A program made the translations under genes and the position numbers. DNA of 64,000 bases, from the IMG/VR virus record IMGVR_UViG_3300036715_003363, one strand, 5' to 3'. Shown here piece by piece: positions 8,920 to 17,348 of the stretch; position 1 is the first letter of the stretch; every line of letters begins with the position of its first letter. The notes below the pieces were generated by a model. It ran no database searches and had not been told where the DNA came from. It saw only the letters and a program-made list of their open reading frames with translations. This stretch comes from a virus.

Positions 8920-9236
8920 TTTATGAGCATCAACGAAATCATCCAATATCACGAAGAGAAAGCTAAACAGTGTTATACACCTAATAAAGGACGCATTCAC
9001 ACAATGTCTCTTGCAAAAAGATCTAATGCTCACTATCACGATACTATCGTAGCATTCTTAAAAAAGATTGAGAATAGTGTACCTTCAGTTGTAAAATAAA
9101 TAATACTGAATTATGAAACTATTAACTGTAGATGATCTCAAAGACGAGGAAAGAACGAGATGCGAAATCTGGACAAGAGTCTCCGGATATATTAGACCTA
9201 TAACCGAATTTAACATCGGTAAAAAACAAGAAAGAA

Positions 9237-9530
9237 TTGATAGAAAAAACTTTAAAGAGCAACCAATCAATGAATAGCGAAACAGCACTTGGCACCTATA
9301 TCTATATGGGCATGGGCATGATTAGTGGACACACTGTCTGCATGTCAGTTGCGTATAAACTCGATTATAGTGTTAAGAAAGCTCTTCAGTTTGAAAAGGT
9401 TCTTTGTGACGTAATCGGATTAAAGTCAGTATACTTTTTAAAAGTAAATAAGGTTAAGGTAGGCCAGCTAGAGGCTGAAACTTCCTTTACTCGCGAAGAG
9501 TTGGAAGAGTATGTAAAAAGGTTTTCTTAA
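9237..9530 (+). CDS. Hypothetical protein
   Basis: 97-aa ORF in a co-oriented cluster; start uncertain. Confidence 0.4.
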   Translation: MIEKTLKSNQSMNSETALGTYIYMGMGMISGHTVCMSVAYKLDYSVKKALQFEKVLCDVIGLKSVYFLKVNKVKVGQLEAETSFTREELEEYVKRFS

Positions 9531-9765
9531 ATATGATCGCGAAAGATTACGACATTATTTTTTTTATCAGATGGATAGCTATAATATTATTTTGGTTATT
9601 CATTGGATTGCTTTTGTTAATAGTTATGATTATTGGCCCTTTCTACAGACTTTTCGGTCCTAAAGATACTACTCTTACAGATTCGGAAGATTTCTGATTT
9701 ATCTAGCTTGTACAGAAATAGTTTGCACTTCCTAATAGGAGTAGCTATAATTAATAGATAATAAC

Positions 9766-9859
9766 GGAAGGTACGTGAATGCCGCTTTTTCACATCTGTT
9801 TGCTAAACAGACGATAGTCTAAAAGCTATCCGTGGGTTGAACTCCCACACCTTCCTCCA
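9766..9859 (+). tRNA. trnS: tRNA-Ser(GCU)
   Basis: ggaaggt/accttcc, U73, CCA; tctgt-TTGCTAA-acaga; long variable arm gatag/ctatc; 5-bp D stem gtgaa/ttcac. Confidence 0.85.
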
Positions 9860-9862
9860 TTT

Positions 9863-9937
9863 GTACCTGAAGCTAAAGGCTCGAAGCAGTTGGCTGCAAC
9901 CCTTCTCTACTCAGTTGAAGTCTGAGCAGGTACTCCA
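9863..9937 (+). tRNA. trnC: tRNA-Cys(GCA)
   Basis: gtacctg/caggtac, U73 (Cys determinant), CCA; loop CTGCAAC; ctcag-TTGAAGT-ctgag. Confidence 0.8.
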
Positions 9938-9951
9938 ATTTTACATTTTAT

Positions 9952-10040
9952 GGCAGATTAAACAGGGCGGCCCCTGTCTCTCACTTGAAATGAGACGGTA
10001 CCCTTAAACAAGGTATGGCGATCGACACGTCAGTCTGCTT
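9952..10040 (+). tRNA. trnS: tRNA-Ser(UGA), CCA not encoded
   Basis: ggcagat/gtctgct; 6-bp D stem acaggg/ccctgt; tctca-CTTGAAA-tgaga; long variable arm; tggcg-ATCGACA-cgtca. Confidence 0.78.
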
Positions 10041-10224
10041 GAGCTTAAAATCTATAATATTAGTTATTATATTAAGAAATTCTATAGAGAGTTTTCTAAC
10101 TGAACTCTTCCGTAAATAGGCTCGTAGTGAAAAATACCATTTAATTCAAATGCTAATTTTAGCTTTGGTATGAAGATATCTAGTTCAGAACTAATTGCAT
10201 CTTTACAATTAAATAAACAATAAC

Positions 10225-10314
10225 GGAAAGTTAACCTCATTGGATGAGGCCAATGCTGGAAACATTGTGGAGTTCCTCAAAAGGCTTAGAGCTCGATTCT
10301 CTAGCTTTCTTCCA
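10225..10314 (+). tRNA. trnS: tRNA-Ser(GGA)
   Basis: ggaaagt/gctttct, U73, CCA; cctca/tgagg D stem; caatg-CTGGAAA-cattg; tagag-CTCGATT-ctcta. Confidence 0.82.
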
Positions 10315-10612
10315 TTTAATTAATCCTAAGAGCAAGACTGTATTGGTGGTTAATCTGCTCTTGTTGACATCCGCCGTACAGCACATGTGAGTGAATAATT
10401 CCTCTAAGAGTGTTTATAATATACTCATCACTATTTCCTTTCTCGCGTAGTATTCGTATTAAATCAGAAACTGTTATTGACTCTTTCATATTTAGTATTT
10501 AATAAAAAATACTTTCATTTTAGGGTTGCAGTTTGGGGAACAAAAAAAGTTTTGCCTAATTCCTCAAGGTTGGGTTGCCTAATCAATAATATATAAAATT
10601 AATATAAGTATT

Positions 10613-10978
10613 ATGATGAGAGTTGTAGTACTTTTTCTTTGTCTATTACTAATTGGGTGTTCGACACCTCCAATAAAGCCTCCTACGATTGTGGGAAAAT
10701 ACGGAATGGCTTGTTTGCCAGAAGCAATTGAAATGTCATCTGCTCTTAGTAAAGCTGGAATTGTATCTGATGTAATTATTTTTTATACTGATCAGAGAAG
10801 TCATGCAATATGTGTTTATATGTATCCACCTGGTGCAAATAAGATTTGGGGATGGGACAGCACATACGGAAGTACAGTACTTAGAGCTTGGTGGAATGAT
10901 CCAGAATCAGAGGCGAAATCTTGGCTTTTTAAAAATGGAGGCACTTATGAAATATTTAGATGGGCAGAAAAACCGTGA
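10613..10978 (+). CDS. Lipoprotein with possible Cys-His-Asp (transglutaminase/papain-like) triad
   Basis: Lipobox LLIGC; ACLPEA...SHAICVY...WGWDS spacing. Confidence 0.5.
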   Translation: MMRVVVLFLCLLLIGCSTPPIKPPTIVGKYGMACLPEAIEMSSALSKAGIVSDVIIFYTDQRSHAICVYMYPPGANKIWGWDSTYGSTVLRAWWNDPESEAKSWLFKNGGTYEIFRWAEKP

Positions 10979-11184
10979 ATGATAAATATTTCAATAGAAT
11001 TTTAATTGCGTCAGTTCTTGTTTTTTAATATGTTTTTACTTTTTAGTGAGTGGGCCGCCAATTGAGTTTACTGACGTGAGGATGAAAGGTCTCCCACAGG
11101 GATGCATGATATATGCAATCTCTTAACAATGTTACAGATGAAGAGAATTAATTTAAAGTGCTTTGAGATTTATTAAGTAATTGC

Positions 11185-11388
11185 ATGAATACTCCAATTG
11201 ATCACAATAATGATAGATGGATTGGATTTCATTTGTCAGAACTAGATGCTCAGAAAGCTCTTGAAGCAGCCACCGTAAAACAAGCGAAAAAATATAGAAT
11301 TGTTTCTGCGTCGAAGACTCTACTCGCTAAGAAAAAAGGAGATCTTCTCATGTATAAGTTCGCTATTATCAAAACTCCGCGCTTTTAA
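11185..11388 (+). CDS. Hypothetical protein
   Basis: Short ORF upstream of hpt. Confidence 0.45.
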   Translation: MNTPIDHNNDRWIGFHLSELDAQKALEAATVKQAKKYRIVSASKTLLAKKKGDLLMYKFAIIKTPRF

Positions 11389-11427
11389 GCTTGTATTATT
11401 ATATAATAGCATCTACAATCAATTGAA

Positions 11428-11943
11428 ATGAATGATATAAAGATACTTTTTAGCAAAACTGTAATACGAAAACGTGTTCTAGAGCTTGCAAAAGTGATTA
11501 ATGCTGACTACAAGAACAAAGAAATTATGGTTATTCCTGTACTTGAAGGAGGAATGTTTTTTGCTGCTGATCTTATCAGAGAGCTCAAGATGCCTCTCAC
11601 TGTACACACAATCAATGTTTCGAGCTATCATGGCAAGGAAGTTTCCTCCGGCCATATTGATATGAAACAAGCTATAGTACCATTTTGTAATCATAAAAAC
11701 ATACTAATAATTGATGACATATTCGACACTGGTCTGACTATGTCAACATTGAAAAACATGTTTAAACTTGCAGGATCAGATAGCATAAAAACATGCACAC
11801 TATTAAATAAGCAAATAGTTAGAAAAATTAATACAGAACCAGACTATTACGGATTTAAAATTAAGAACGAATTTGTCATTGGTTACGGACTTGATCTCAA
11901 CAGCTTCTACAGAAACCTACCCTATGTTGGTATAAAACGATGA
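11428..11943 (+). CDS. hpt: Hypoxanthine-guanine phosphoribosyltransferase
   Basis: PVLEGGMFFAADL, PRPP loop LIIDDIFDTGLT, FVIGYGLD..YRNLPYVG. Confidence 0.92.
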   Translation: MNDIKILFSKTVIRKRVLELAKVINADYKNKEIMVIPVLEGGMFFAADLIRELKMPLTVHTINVSSYHGKEVSSGHIDMKQAIVPFCNHKNILIIDDIFDTGLTMSTLKNMFKLAGSDSIKTCTLLNKQIVRKINTEPDYYGFKIKNEFVIGYGLDLNSFYRNLPYVGIKR

Positions 11944-12551
11944 GTATCAACAAATTATATAAAGAAACAGTCTTAGTATTAAACAAGAACTGGCAAGCAG
12001 TTCACGTTTATAATCCCGCTGACGCACTATCAGAAATGTTTAATGGAGGCGTTATTGGTTTACACATTGACTGCAAGACTGGCGACATGATTCCCTTAAA
12101 GTGGAAGGATTGGGTTGCTCTTCCTTTCGATGAGAGCAGTGATTACATTTCAACTGTTCACGGAAAAATTAAATACCCAAGAGTCGTAATTCTCAAAAGC
12201 TTTGCTCAAGTACCAAAGAGGAAGATTAAGTTCTCTCTTCGAGGAATCTGGGACAGAGACAAGAATATTTGTGCTTATACTGGCGTAAAGCTTACTTCAA
12301 AGACTGGTAATGTTGACCACATTATACCTCGGTCTAGAGGAGGCAGAACAACTTGGAAAAATTGTGTTCTTTCTCACAAGGACGTGAATGCAAAGAAGGC
12401 TGATAAAACTCCTTCAGAGGCTGGTCTCCAGCTACTTAGATCTCCAGCTGAGCCAATGGCAGTGCCGGCGACTATGACGATTAAGAATAAGCATAACATT
12501 CCCGAATGGAAGATGGTTCTTGAGTATGACGGTTATGTTAAAGCTGATTAA
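11940..12551 (+). CDS. HNH endonuclease (McrA-like)
   Basis: VLVLNKNW N-terminus; RD.NICAYTG...VDHIIPRSRGGRTTWKNCV...N.KKADKTP. Confidence 0.88.
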   Translation: MSINKLYKETVLVLNKNWQAVHVYNPADALSEMFNGGVIGLHIDCKTGDMIPLKWKDWVALPFDESSDYISTVHGKIKYPRVVILKSFAQVPKRKIKFSLRGIWDRDKNICAYTGVKLTSKTGNVDHIIPRSRGGRTTWKNCVLSHKDVNAKKADKTPSEAGLQLLRSPAEPMAVPATMTIKNKHNIPEWKMVLEYDGYVKAD

Positions 12552-12560
12552 GCTGATATC

Positions 12561-13439
12561 TTAACCAAAGTCTACGCCGTGATCAGGTCCGCTACCAGAG
12601 GCTTTATAGTCATCCATGGCGCTCTTATAATACTTGTCAAAAGTATCATGCTCAACGTCTCTCATGTTTTCAGTGTCAGGCTCAAGAGCTGAAATAGTAT
12701 CATTACCTTTCTGTCTGGTGCCGGTAAGTACTCCTTTTGCGATGAGTTTGTTAAGAATGCTTGTAACTTTCCTATCGTTTAGATCTTTTCTATTATCAAG
12801 TTTGATTTCACCAGAGAGATAATCTAGAAGATCTGCTCCAGTATATACAGATCCTTTATCAACAATCTCGTAAATTCTACGCTCAGCGTCCTCTAGTGAG
12901 CCAGCACGAACCTCATCTTCAAAAGTATAGTCAATTGTTGAAGATGGTGTAAAGCGATTGATTGCTGAAGATTTTTTTGGAGCTTCATCTGAACTCTCAA
13001 CATCCTCTCCGCCTTCAGCAGAGACTTCTGATACAACTTCTTCAGTCTCCTCTTCAGAAGGTTCGTGAGAAAGCTTTATTCCTCCATCACGTTCATCAGT
13101 AATAATACCAGCTGATTTAAGAGCATTATGTAGCACGCGCGCAGCATACTTTGCGTTAGTTCCTGACAGAGGCTTTACTGATTTAATTGCATTAACAATG
13201 TCTTGCTCTTGGAACTCTTTATATGTCTTATCAGAATGGCCTCCAGCTTCGCGAAGACCGCTTACAATTTCTTCGAGAGCAGCTTTTGTTTCTTCTGGCG
13301 TCAGTGAGTATTTACCTTCTGATTTGACTGGAAATTCTGCAGGAGCTTCTCCTCCTGTACCTTCATACCCTGGCACAATATCAATAGGTGAGTATTCCTT
13401 TAGAAGGTTTTCGTAAATTGAGTCGAACTTTTTAGACAT
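12561..13439 (-). CDS. Acidic hypothetical protein, possibly head-associated
   Basis: N-terminus MSKKFDSIYENLLKE; TAAATAA motif 5 nt upstream. Confidence 0.6.
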   Translation of the reverse strand: MSKKFDSIYENLLKEYSPIDIVPGYEGTGGEAPAEFPVKSEGKYSLTPEETKAALEEIVSGLREAGGHSDKTYKEFQEQDIVNAIKSVKPLSGTNAKYAARVLHNALKSAGIITDERDGGIKLSHEPSEEETEEVVSEVSAEGGEDVESSDEAPKKSSAINRFTPSSTIDYTFEDEVRAGSLEDAERRIYEIVDKGSVYTGADLLDYLSGEIKLDNRKDLNDRKVTSILNKLIAKGVLTGTRQKGNDTISALEPDTENMRDVEHDTFDKYYKSAMDDYKASGSGPDHGVDFG

Positions 13440-13462
13440 ATAGATTATTTAGGTTATTTAGG

Positions 13463-13717
13463 CTATTTAGCAATGGAAATGTAGTTGAATTCAATTGCTT
13501 TTACATATTCTGATCTAACGTTGCTCGTCACACACTTAGGACAAAGCTGATAAATTTTTCTAATTTTGTCGAGTCCAAGAGAGCCTCTACCATAACACTT
13601 CTTACAGCTACTATTTGGCTCTTTTTTGAGAGGAATTTCTCCTTCACATAGATTCTTAAGCTCTTCTTCTCGGAGTTTATATATCTCTCCACTGTATGCG
13701 TTATATATATTAATCAT
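13463..13717 (-). CDS. Small zinc-finger protein
   Basis: CKKCYGRG...CPKC. Confidence 0.55.
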   Translation of the reverse strand: MINIYNAYSGEIYKLREEELKNLCEGEIPLKKEPNSSCKKCYGRGSLGLDKIRKIYQLCPKCVTSNVRSEYVKAIEFNYISIAK

Positions 13718-14085
13718 TTTAATGAAATTTCTAAAATATTATTATAGTATTGAGTTGGATTAATGCCACGTATTCTTATTGCGTTTAGTCTTTCTTCAGT
13801 TTCTTTATTATTACCAGCAAGGGAACTAATTCGGTAATCAAAATATATAATTCCGTCTTCAAGATGATGTTCTGTTTTAAATGGAATTGGAATCTCAAAA
13901 TTTTCTTTATTATCTCTACCATTAAGCATTGTAAAGATAATATGAAAATGAGCTCGCTTAAACAAAAGTAATCTACCTTTCTTAATTTGTTTCTTGCCTA
14001 ATTGAAAAATGATAGTGCTCTGCAAAGCGTTTGAGAAGAAGGTTTCACCTGGAATGTAGTCAACAATGGAAAAGTCTGTAATCAT
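13714..14085 (-). CDS. Hypothetical protein
   Basis: Overlapping, co-oriented operon member. Confidence 0.55.
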   Translation of the reverse strand: MITDFSIVDYIPGETFFSNALQSTIIFQLGKKQIKKGRLLLFKRAHFHIIFTMLNGRDNKENFEIPIPFKTEHHLEDGIIYFDYRISSLAGNNKETEERLNAIRIRGINPTQYYNNILEISLK

Positions 14086-14088
14086 ATT

Positions 14089-14475
14089 TTAGGAATTCAT
14101 AAAGGTTAATTTTTGATCTGGCGGCATTGGAGCAATACTGACTCCGAAGTATGCCCACCACTGAGTCGGTGAAGGTTGAGTGCTAATGACTGAAACAACA
14201 TCAACTTCATTGCAGTTAATTGCTCTAAAGTTTTGCATGAATAAATCCCACGCAATGACAAGATTTTTTGCGGCTGCGTTATAGGGAAGCATTCCATGAG
14301 GAGGATTAAAGTTTAGAATATTCCTACCAAGAGCGGAGTTGAGGAGCATTCGATCATTTGTGCAGAGCATACGACGAAAATCACTGTAGCCTTGTTTTTC
14401 GATTCTTCTTCGAAATTTAAGCTCTACTACACTTTTTGCGAGTAAGAGAGCCAATGATGATCGGCTCACTCTCAT
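14089..14475 (-). CDS. WYL_2/DUF2693-like SH3-fold protein
   Basis: VVELKFRR...RRMLCT...VIAWDL...FRAI pattern. Confidence 0.6.
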   Translation of the reverse strand: MRVSRSSLALLLAKSVVELKFRRRIEKQGYSDFRRMLCTNDRMLLNSALGRNILNFNPPHGMLPYNAAAKNLVIAWDLFMQNFRAINCNEVDVVSVISTQPSPTQWWAYFGVSIAPMPPDQKLTFMNS

Positions 14476-14897
14476 TATTTCTTTTTATTTACCTTCTTAG
14501 GAGTCTCTACTCTCGATACTGGCTTACAGATGCCAAAAATACGATCTTCATTTAAGAATACGTGCATTTGTCCGTCCTTCTGAATGCCTTTAATTCCTTT
14601 ATCTCCTGGAAAGATTATATAGTTGTCTGCTTTAACTTGTTTACAATCAGGCCCTGCAAGGACTACTCTTCCGACTCGCCAGCTGCGATTGTCAACAACA
14701 CTTACTGGGAGTACAATTCCATTTCGAATTAGGCTTCTGCCATCTGATGATACATCAGCGTAAACAACTTCAATTACATCGCCGAGCAGCTCAACAATTT
14801 CAAAATCCTCTGGGAGCGGATAACTTTCATACTGATCAATATCAGCAAGACCGTTGTTAATTCTTGGTAGTTCGTGCGGATGAATACTGTGTGCCAT
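14475..14897 (-). CDS. groES: Co-chaperonin GroES/Cpn10-like
   Basis: GRVVLAGPDCKQVKADNYIIFP...G...VFLNEDRIFGI. Confidence 0.75.
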   Translation of the reverse strand: MAHSIHPHELPRINNGLADIDQYESYPLPEDFEIVELLGDVIEVVYADVSSDGRSLIRNGIVLPVSVVDNRSWRVGRVVLAGPDCKQVKADNYIIFPGDKGIKGIQKDGQMHVFLNEDRIFGICKPVSRVETPKKVNKKK

Positions 14898-14969
14898 ATG
14901 AAGTTAATTATGATATATACATCCGACCTGCAACTACATATCATCAATTACATCACTAAATGTTTATCT

Positions 14970-15323
14970 TTATGCTTTTTTCATTTCATTCTGATCTAGC
15001 AGTTGTTGAATCTCTCTTTTGGAGAGCTCCATATTTCTTGCAAGCATATTAATTTTATCATCTTCTTCATCTTTCTCTTTCTTTACTTTTTTAAGATACT
15101 TGAATCGCGGAGCATACTTCATTTGAGGGAGACAGGTGAGAAGTAATTTGTAATGCTCTTCTTTTGTAAGTGTGCTAAAAATATTTACGGATTCATTTAG
15201 TGCGCTTGTCGTACCAGGAAGACCAAAGCTAATCCATCTATTGATTATATACGGAATATAATTCGCAAGAGGAAGATCTCCTTTCTTCCTCTGAGTTAAA
15301 TCTTTTAGGTACTCGAATAGCAT
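14970..15323 (-). CDS. gp62: T4 gp62-like clamp loader small subunit
   Basis: YIPYIINRWISF...EHYKLLL...PRFKYLKKVK...LARNMELS.REI. Confidence 0.7.
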   Translation of the reverse strand: MLFEYLKDLTQRKKGDLPLANYIPYIINRWISFGLPGTTSALNESVNIFSTLTKEEHYKLLLTCLPQMKYAPRFKYLKKVKKEKDEEDDKINMLARNMELSKREIQQLLDQNEMKKA

Positions 15324-15931
15324 TAACTAATGAGTTTTGTAGAAGCAACAAATACACTCTGTACTGTATGATTAAAGATTCCAATTGCCTTCTCAATAAA
15401 TTCATTTGTTTCTTCAGCGCCTAATTTAGTTGAATAAGCAAAAGCAGGAGCCTCGAGACCCGCTTCAATATTAATTCCGGTATGAATAAGCCCTGCTCCA
15501 TTGTTAAGAGTTGCAATAGATACTGAAGCTTTTTTCCACTCAACTGTGTCTTCTGCAGAGCTGCGCTGATCAGATTCAACCATAATATCATCTCCATCAA
15601 CGTGAACATTATAAGGAATGTAGACACTTAGAAGAGATCCAAGAGCTGTATTAAATAATCTCTGAAATAAAATTGAAGCTTCAATTGAATAGCCGGGAAG
15701 CTCAATCAGAAAGTTAATCGCTTTATCTGAATAAATGTAATCATTTGTCAGTGCATCTTCTAGATCAATTAGATTTTCTTGTACTGACATTCTAGATACA
15801 AAGGCAACAATATTACCAAGAGGGCTTACATCTTTTCTAAAGAACTTATAGGCAAACTTAGACTTTAAAATAGATCCGTCATAATAATTAACTCCAGTAA
15901 CTTCTGCTAATTGTTCGGTTGTAATGTGCAT
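15323..15931 (-). CDS. DUF366-like protein (biotin/lipoate ligase-like fold)
   Basis: YDGSILKSKFAY...GNIVAF...M.V.ENLIDLED...YSDKAINF...GDDIMV...KKASVSIA...HTGINI. Confidence 0.65.
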   Translation of the reverse strand: MHITTEQLAEVTGVNYYDGSILKSKFAYKFFRKDVSPLGNIVAFVSRMSVQENLIDLEDALTNDYIYSDKAINFLIELPGYSIEASILFQRLFNTALGSLLSVYIPYNVHVDGDDIMVESDQRSSAEDTVEWKKASVSIATLNNGAGLIHTGINIEAGLEAPAFAYSTKLGAEETNEFIEKAIGIFNHTVQSVFVASTKLIS

Positions 15932-15940
15932 CTAGTAATA

Positions 15941-16645
15941 TTATACGGCTTCTATCTGATTGCAATAGGCACCCTTAAATTTTTTATTAGCATCTTCCCA
16001 CTCAGGTGTATTCATTGAGTCTCCGAGTCCGTGATGAACAATTCGAAGAGGAATTACTCCAGCTGTAAGTTTTTTCTCAAAGCAATTCAACGAGAAAGAA
16101 ATATCATAGAAGTGAAATCCAAATCGCTCATCAAATAATACTTCAGCCTTTAACGCTTTCTCAACATTGACGGCAACGAACACTCCATCAAATACTAGAA
16201 CGCGCTCAATACCTGATAATCGAGGATGTTTCCAGAAGCATGTTGTCCAGACTTTTCCTTGTGCTGCATGAGTGACTTCTCCTCTTTTTTTATCTTCTCC
16301 TGATGCGAGATGCCATGCGAGCTTTTCAGCGCTTTTATTAAACTCAACTGCTCCTGCAAGAGCTGTGACATCAAATGGAGATTCATTTAGCTTTTCAACG
16401 AAGAATAGATCTTCAACCTCAACATCATCATGAACAAATGCTACAATCTTGTCTTTGTATTCATCAGTAAGAAATCTATTATACACCACAGACAATCCCT
16501 CCGTATTATCTCTTACAACATGAAAGTCAAAATGAGCTCTATCATAAATATTGTAGAGTTTGTGAAGAGATCTATAGATAGGTCTTGATTCAAACTCTTT
16601 TTCTGTTTTGCAACGTGTTGCCGTGATTAGTAATACTTGCTTCAT
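15941..16645 (-). CDS. GT-A fold glycosyltransferase
   Basis: GLSVVYN, FVHDDV, DGVFVAV, FDERFGFHFYDISFSL. Confidence 0.8.
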   Translation of the reverse strand: MKQVLLITATRCKTEKEFESRPIYRSLHKLYNIYDRAHFDFHVVRDNTEGLSVVYNRFLTDEYKDKIVAFVHDDVEVEDLFFVEKLNESPFDVTALAGAVEFNKSAEKLAWHLASGEDKKRGEVTHAAQGKVWTTCFWKHPRLSGIERVLVFDGVFVAVNVEKALKAEVLFDERFGFHFYDISFSLNCFEKKLTAGVIPLRIVHHGLGDSMNTPEWEDANKKFKGAYCNQIEAV

Positions 16646-16654
16646 AAAACTGTT

Positions 16655-17287
16655 TTATATCTCATAAGGGCTTTCGTATTTAAACGCTTTTTTTCGCTCA
16701 TGTAAAGAATATGCATGCAAAGTTAAAACTGATCCATCATCTACATCACTTGCACCTTCAAATGGAAGCGACGAAAAGCTCTCTCCATCAGTGTAAAGAG
16801 TTGATCCTGCTTTAACTACTTGAAGACTGTTATCTTCGATATTATAAATCCAGCACGTCAAAAGACCTTCATACATTTCAAATGTTTGTTTGATATCACC
16901 CTTATTCGCTGTGAGATGATATGGTATGATTGAACTATCAACATCAAACTCAGCACTCACCGGAAATGATTTAAAGTTAGAAAGTATTCCATTGTGAGCA
17001 ACATAATAAGAACCAAATGAAAATGGATGAGTTGTTTCCTCTGACCAAGCAGCCTTACTATTTGTTGGCGCTCTTGAATGAAATAGACAATATAATGACT
17101 CTCCGTGTCCGGTATTTATTATTCTCTTAAGATTTTCGTATTTAAATTTCTCTTTTTGTTTTGCAATGAATATATTACCTATTGCATTGAATGCAAGAAA
17201 ACCTGATGAGAATGCGCCTCTCGTAAGATTGTCTTCATATAGAGAGTACGCTTTTTTTAGCGTAGAACTGCCACTTATGCCACAAAT
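16655..17287 (-). CDS. Class II (Ntn) glutamine amidotransferase, non-AUG (ATT) start
   Basis: The frame stays open upstream of the ORF-track call and reads (I)CGISGSS...FHSRAPT...THPF...VAHNGIL...VDS; GGAGGG SD 7 nt before ATT; in-frame TAG at 17309-17311. Confidence 0.8.
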   Translation of the reverse strand: MCGISGSSTLKKAYSLYEDNLTRGAFSSGFLAFNAIGNIFIAKQKEKFKYENLKRIINTGHGESLYCLFHSRAPTNSKAAWSEETTHPFSFGSYYVAHNGILSNFKSFPVSAEFDVDSSIIPYHLTANKGDIKQTFEMYEGLLTCWIYNIEDNSLQVVKAGSTLYTDGESFSSLPFEGASDVDDGSVLTLHAYSLHERKKAFKYESPYEI

Positions 17288-17348
17288 ATAGATACCCTCC
17301 TCGTTTCGCTAGAGTTACAATAAATAGTGTTCATATATGATTCAGGTG

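Noticed and set aside
9952-10040. tRNA-Sec or opal suppressor
   Set aside because: The anticodon is TGA (Ser), not TCA, and the acceptor/T stems are 7/5.
11070-11097. Hammerhead ribozyme (ctgacg...gaaa...gtc)
   Set aside because: The core reads CTGACGT rather than CTGAnGA, and stems II and III cannot form properly.
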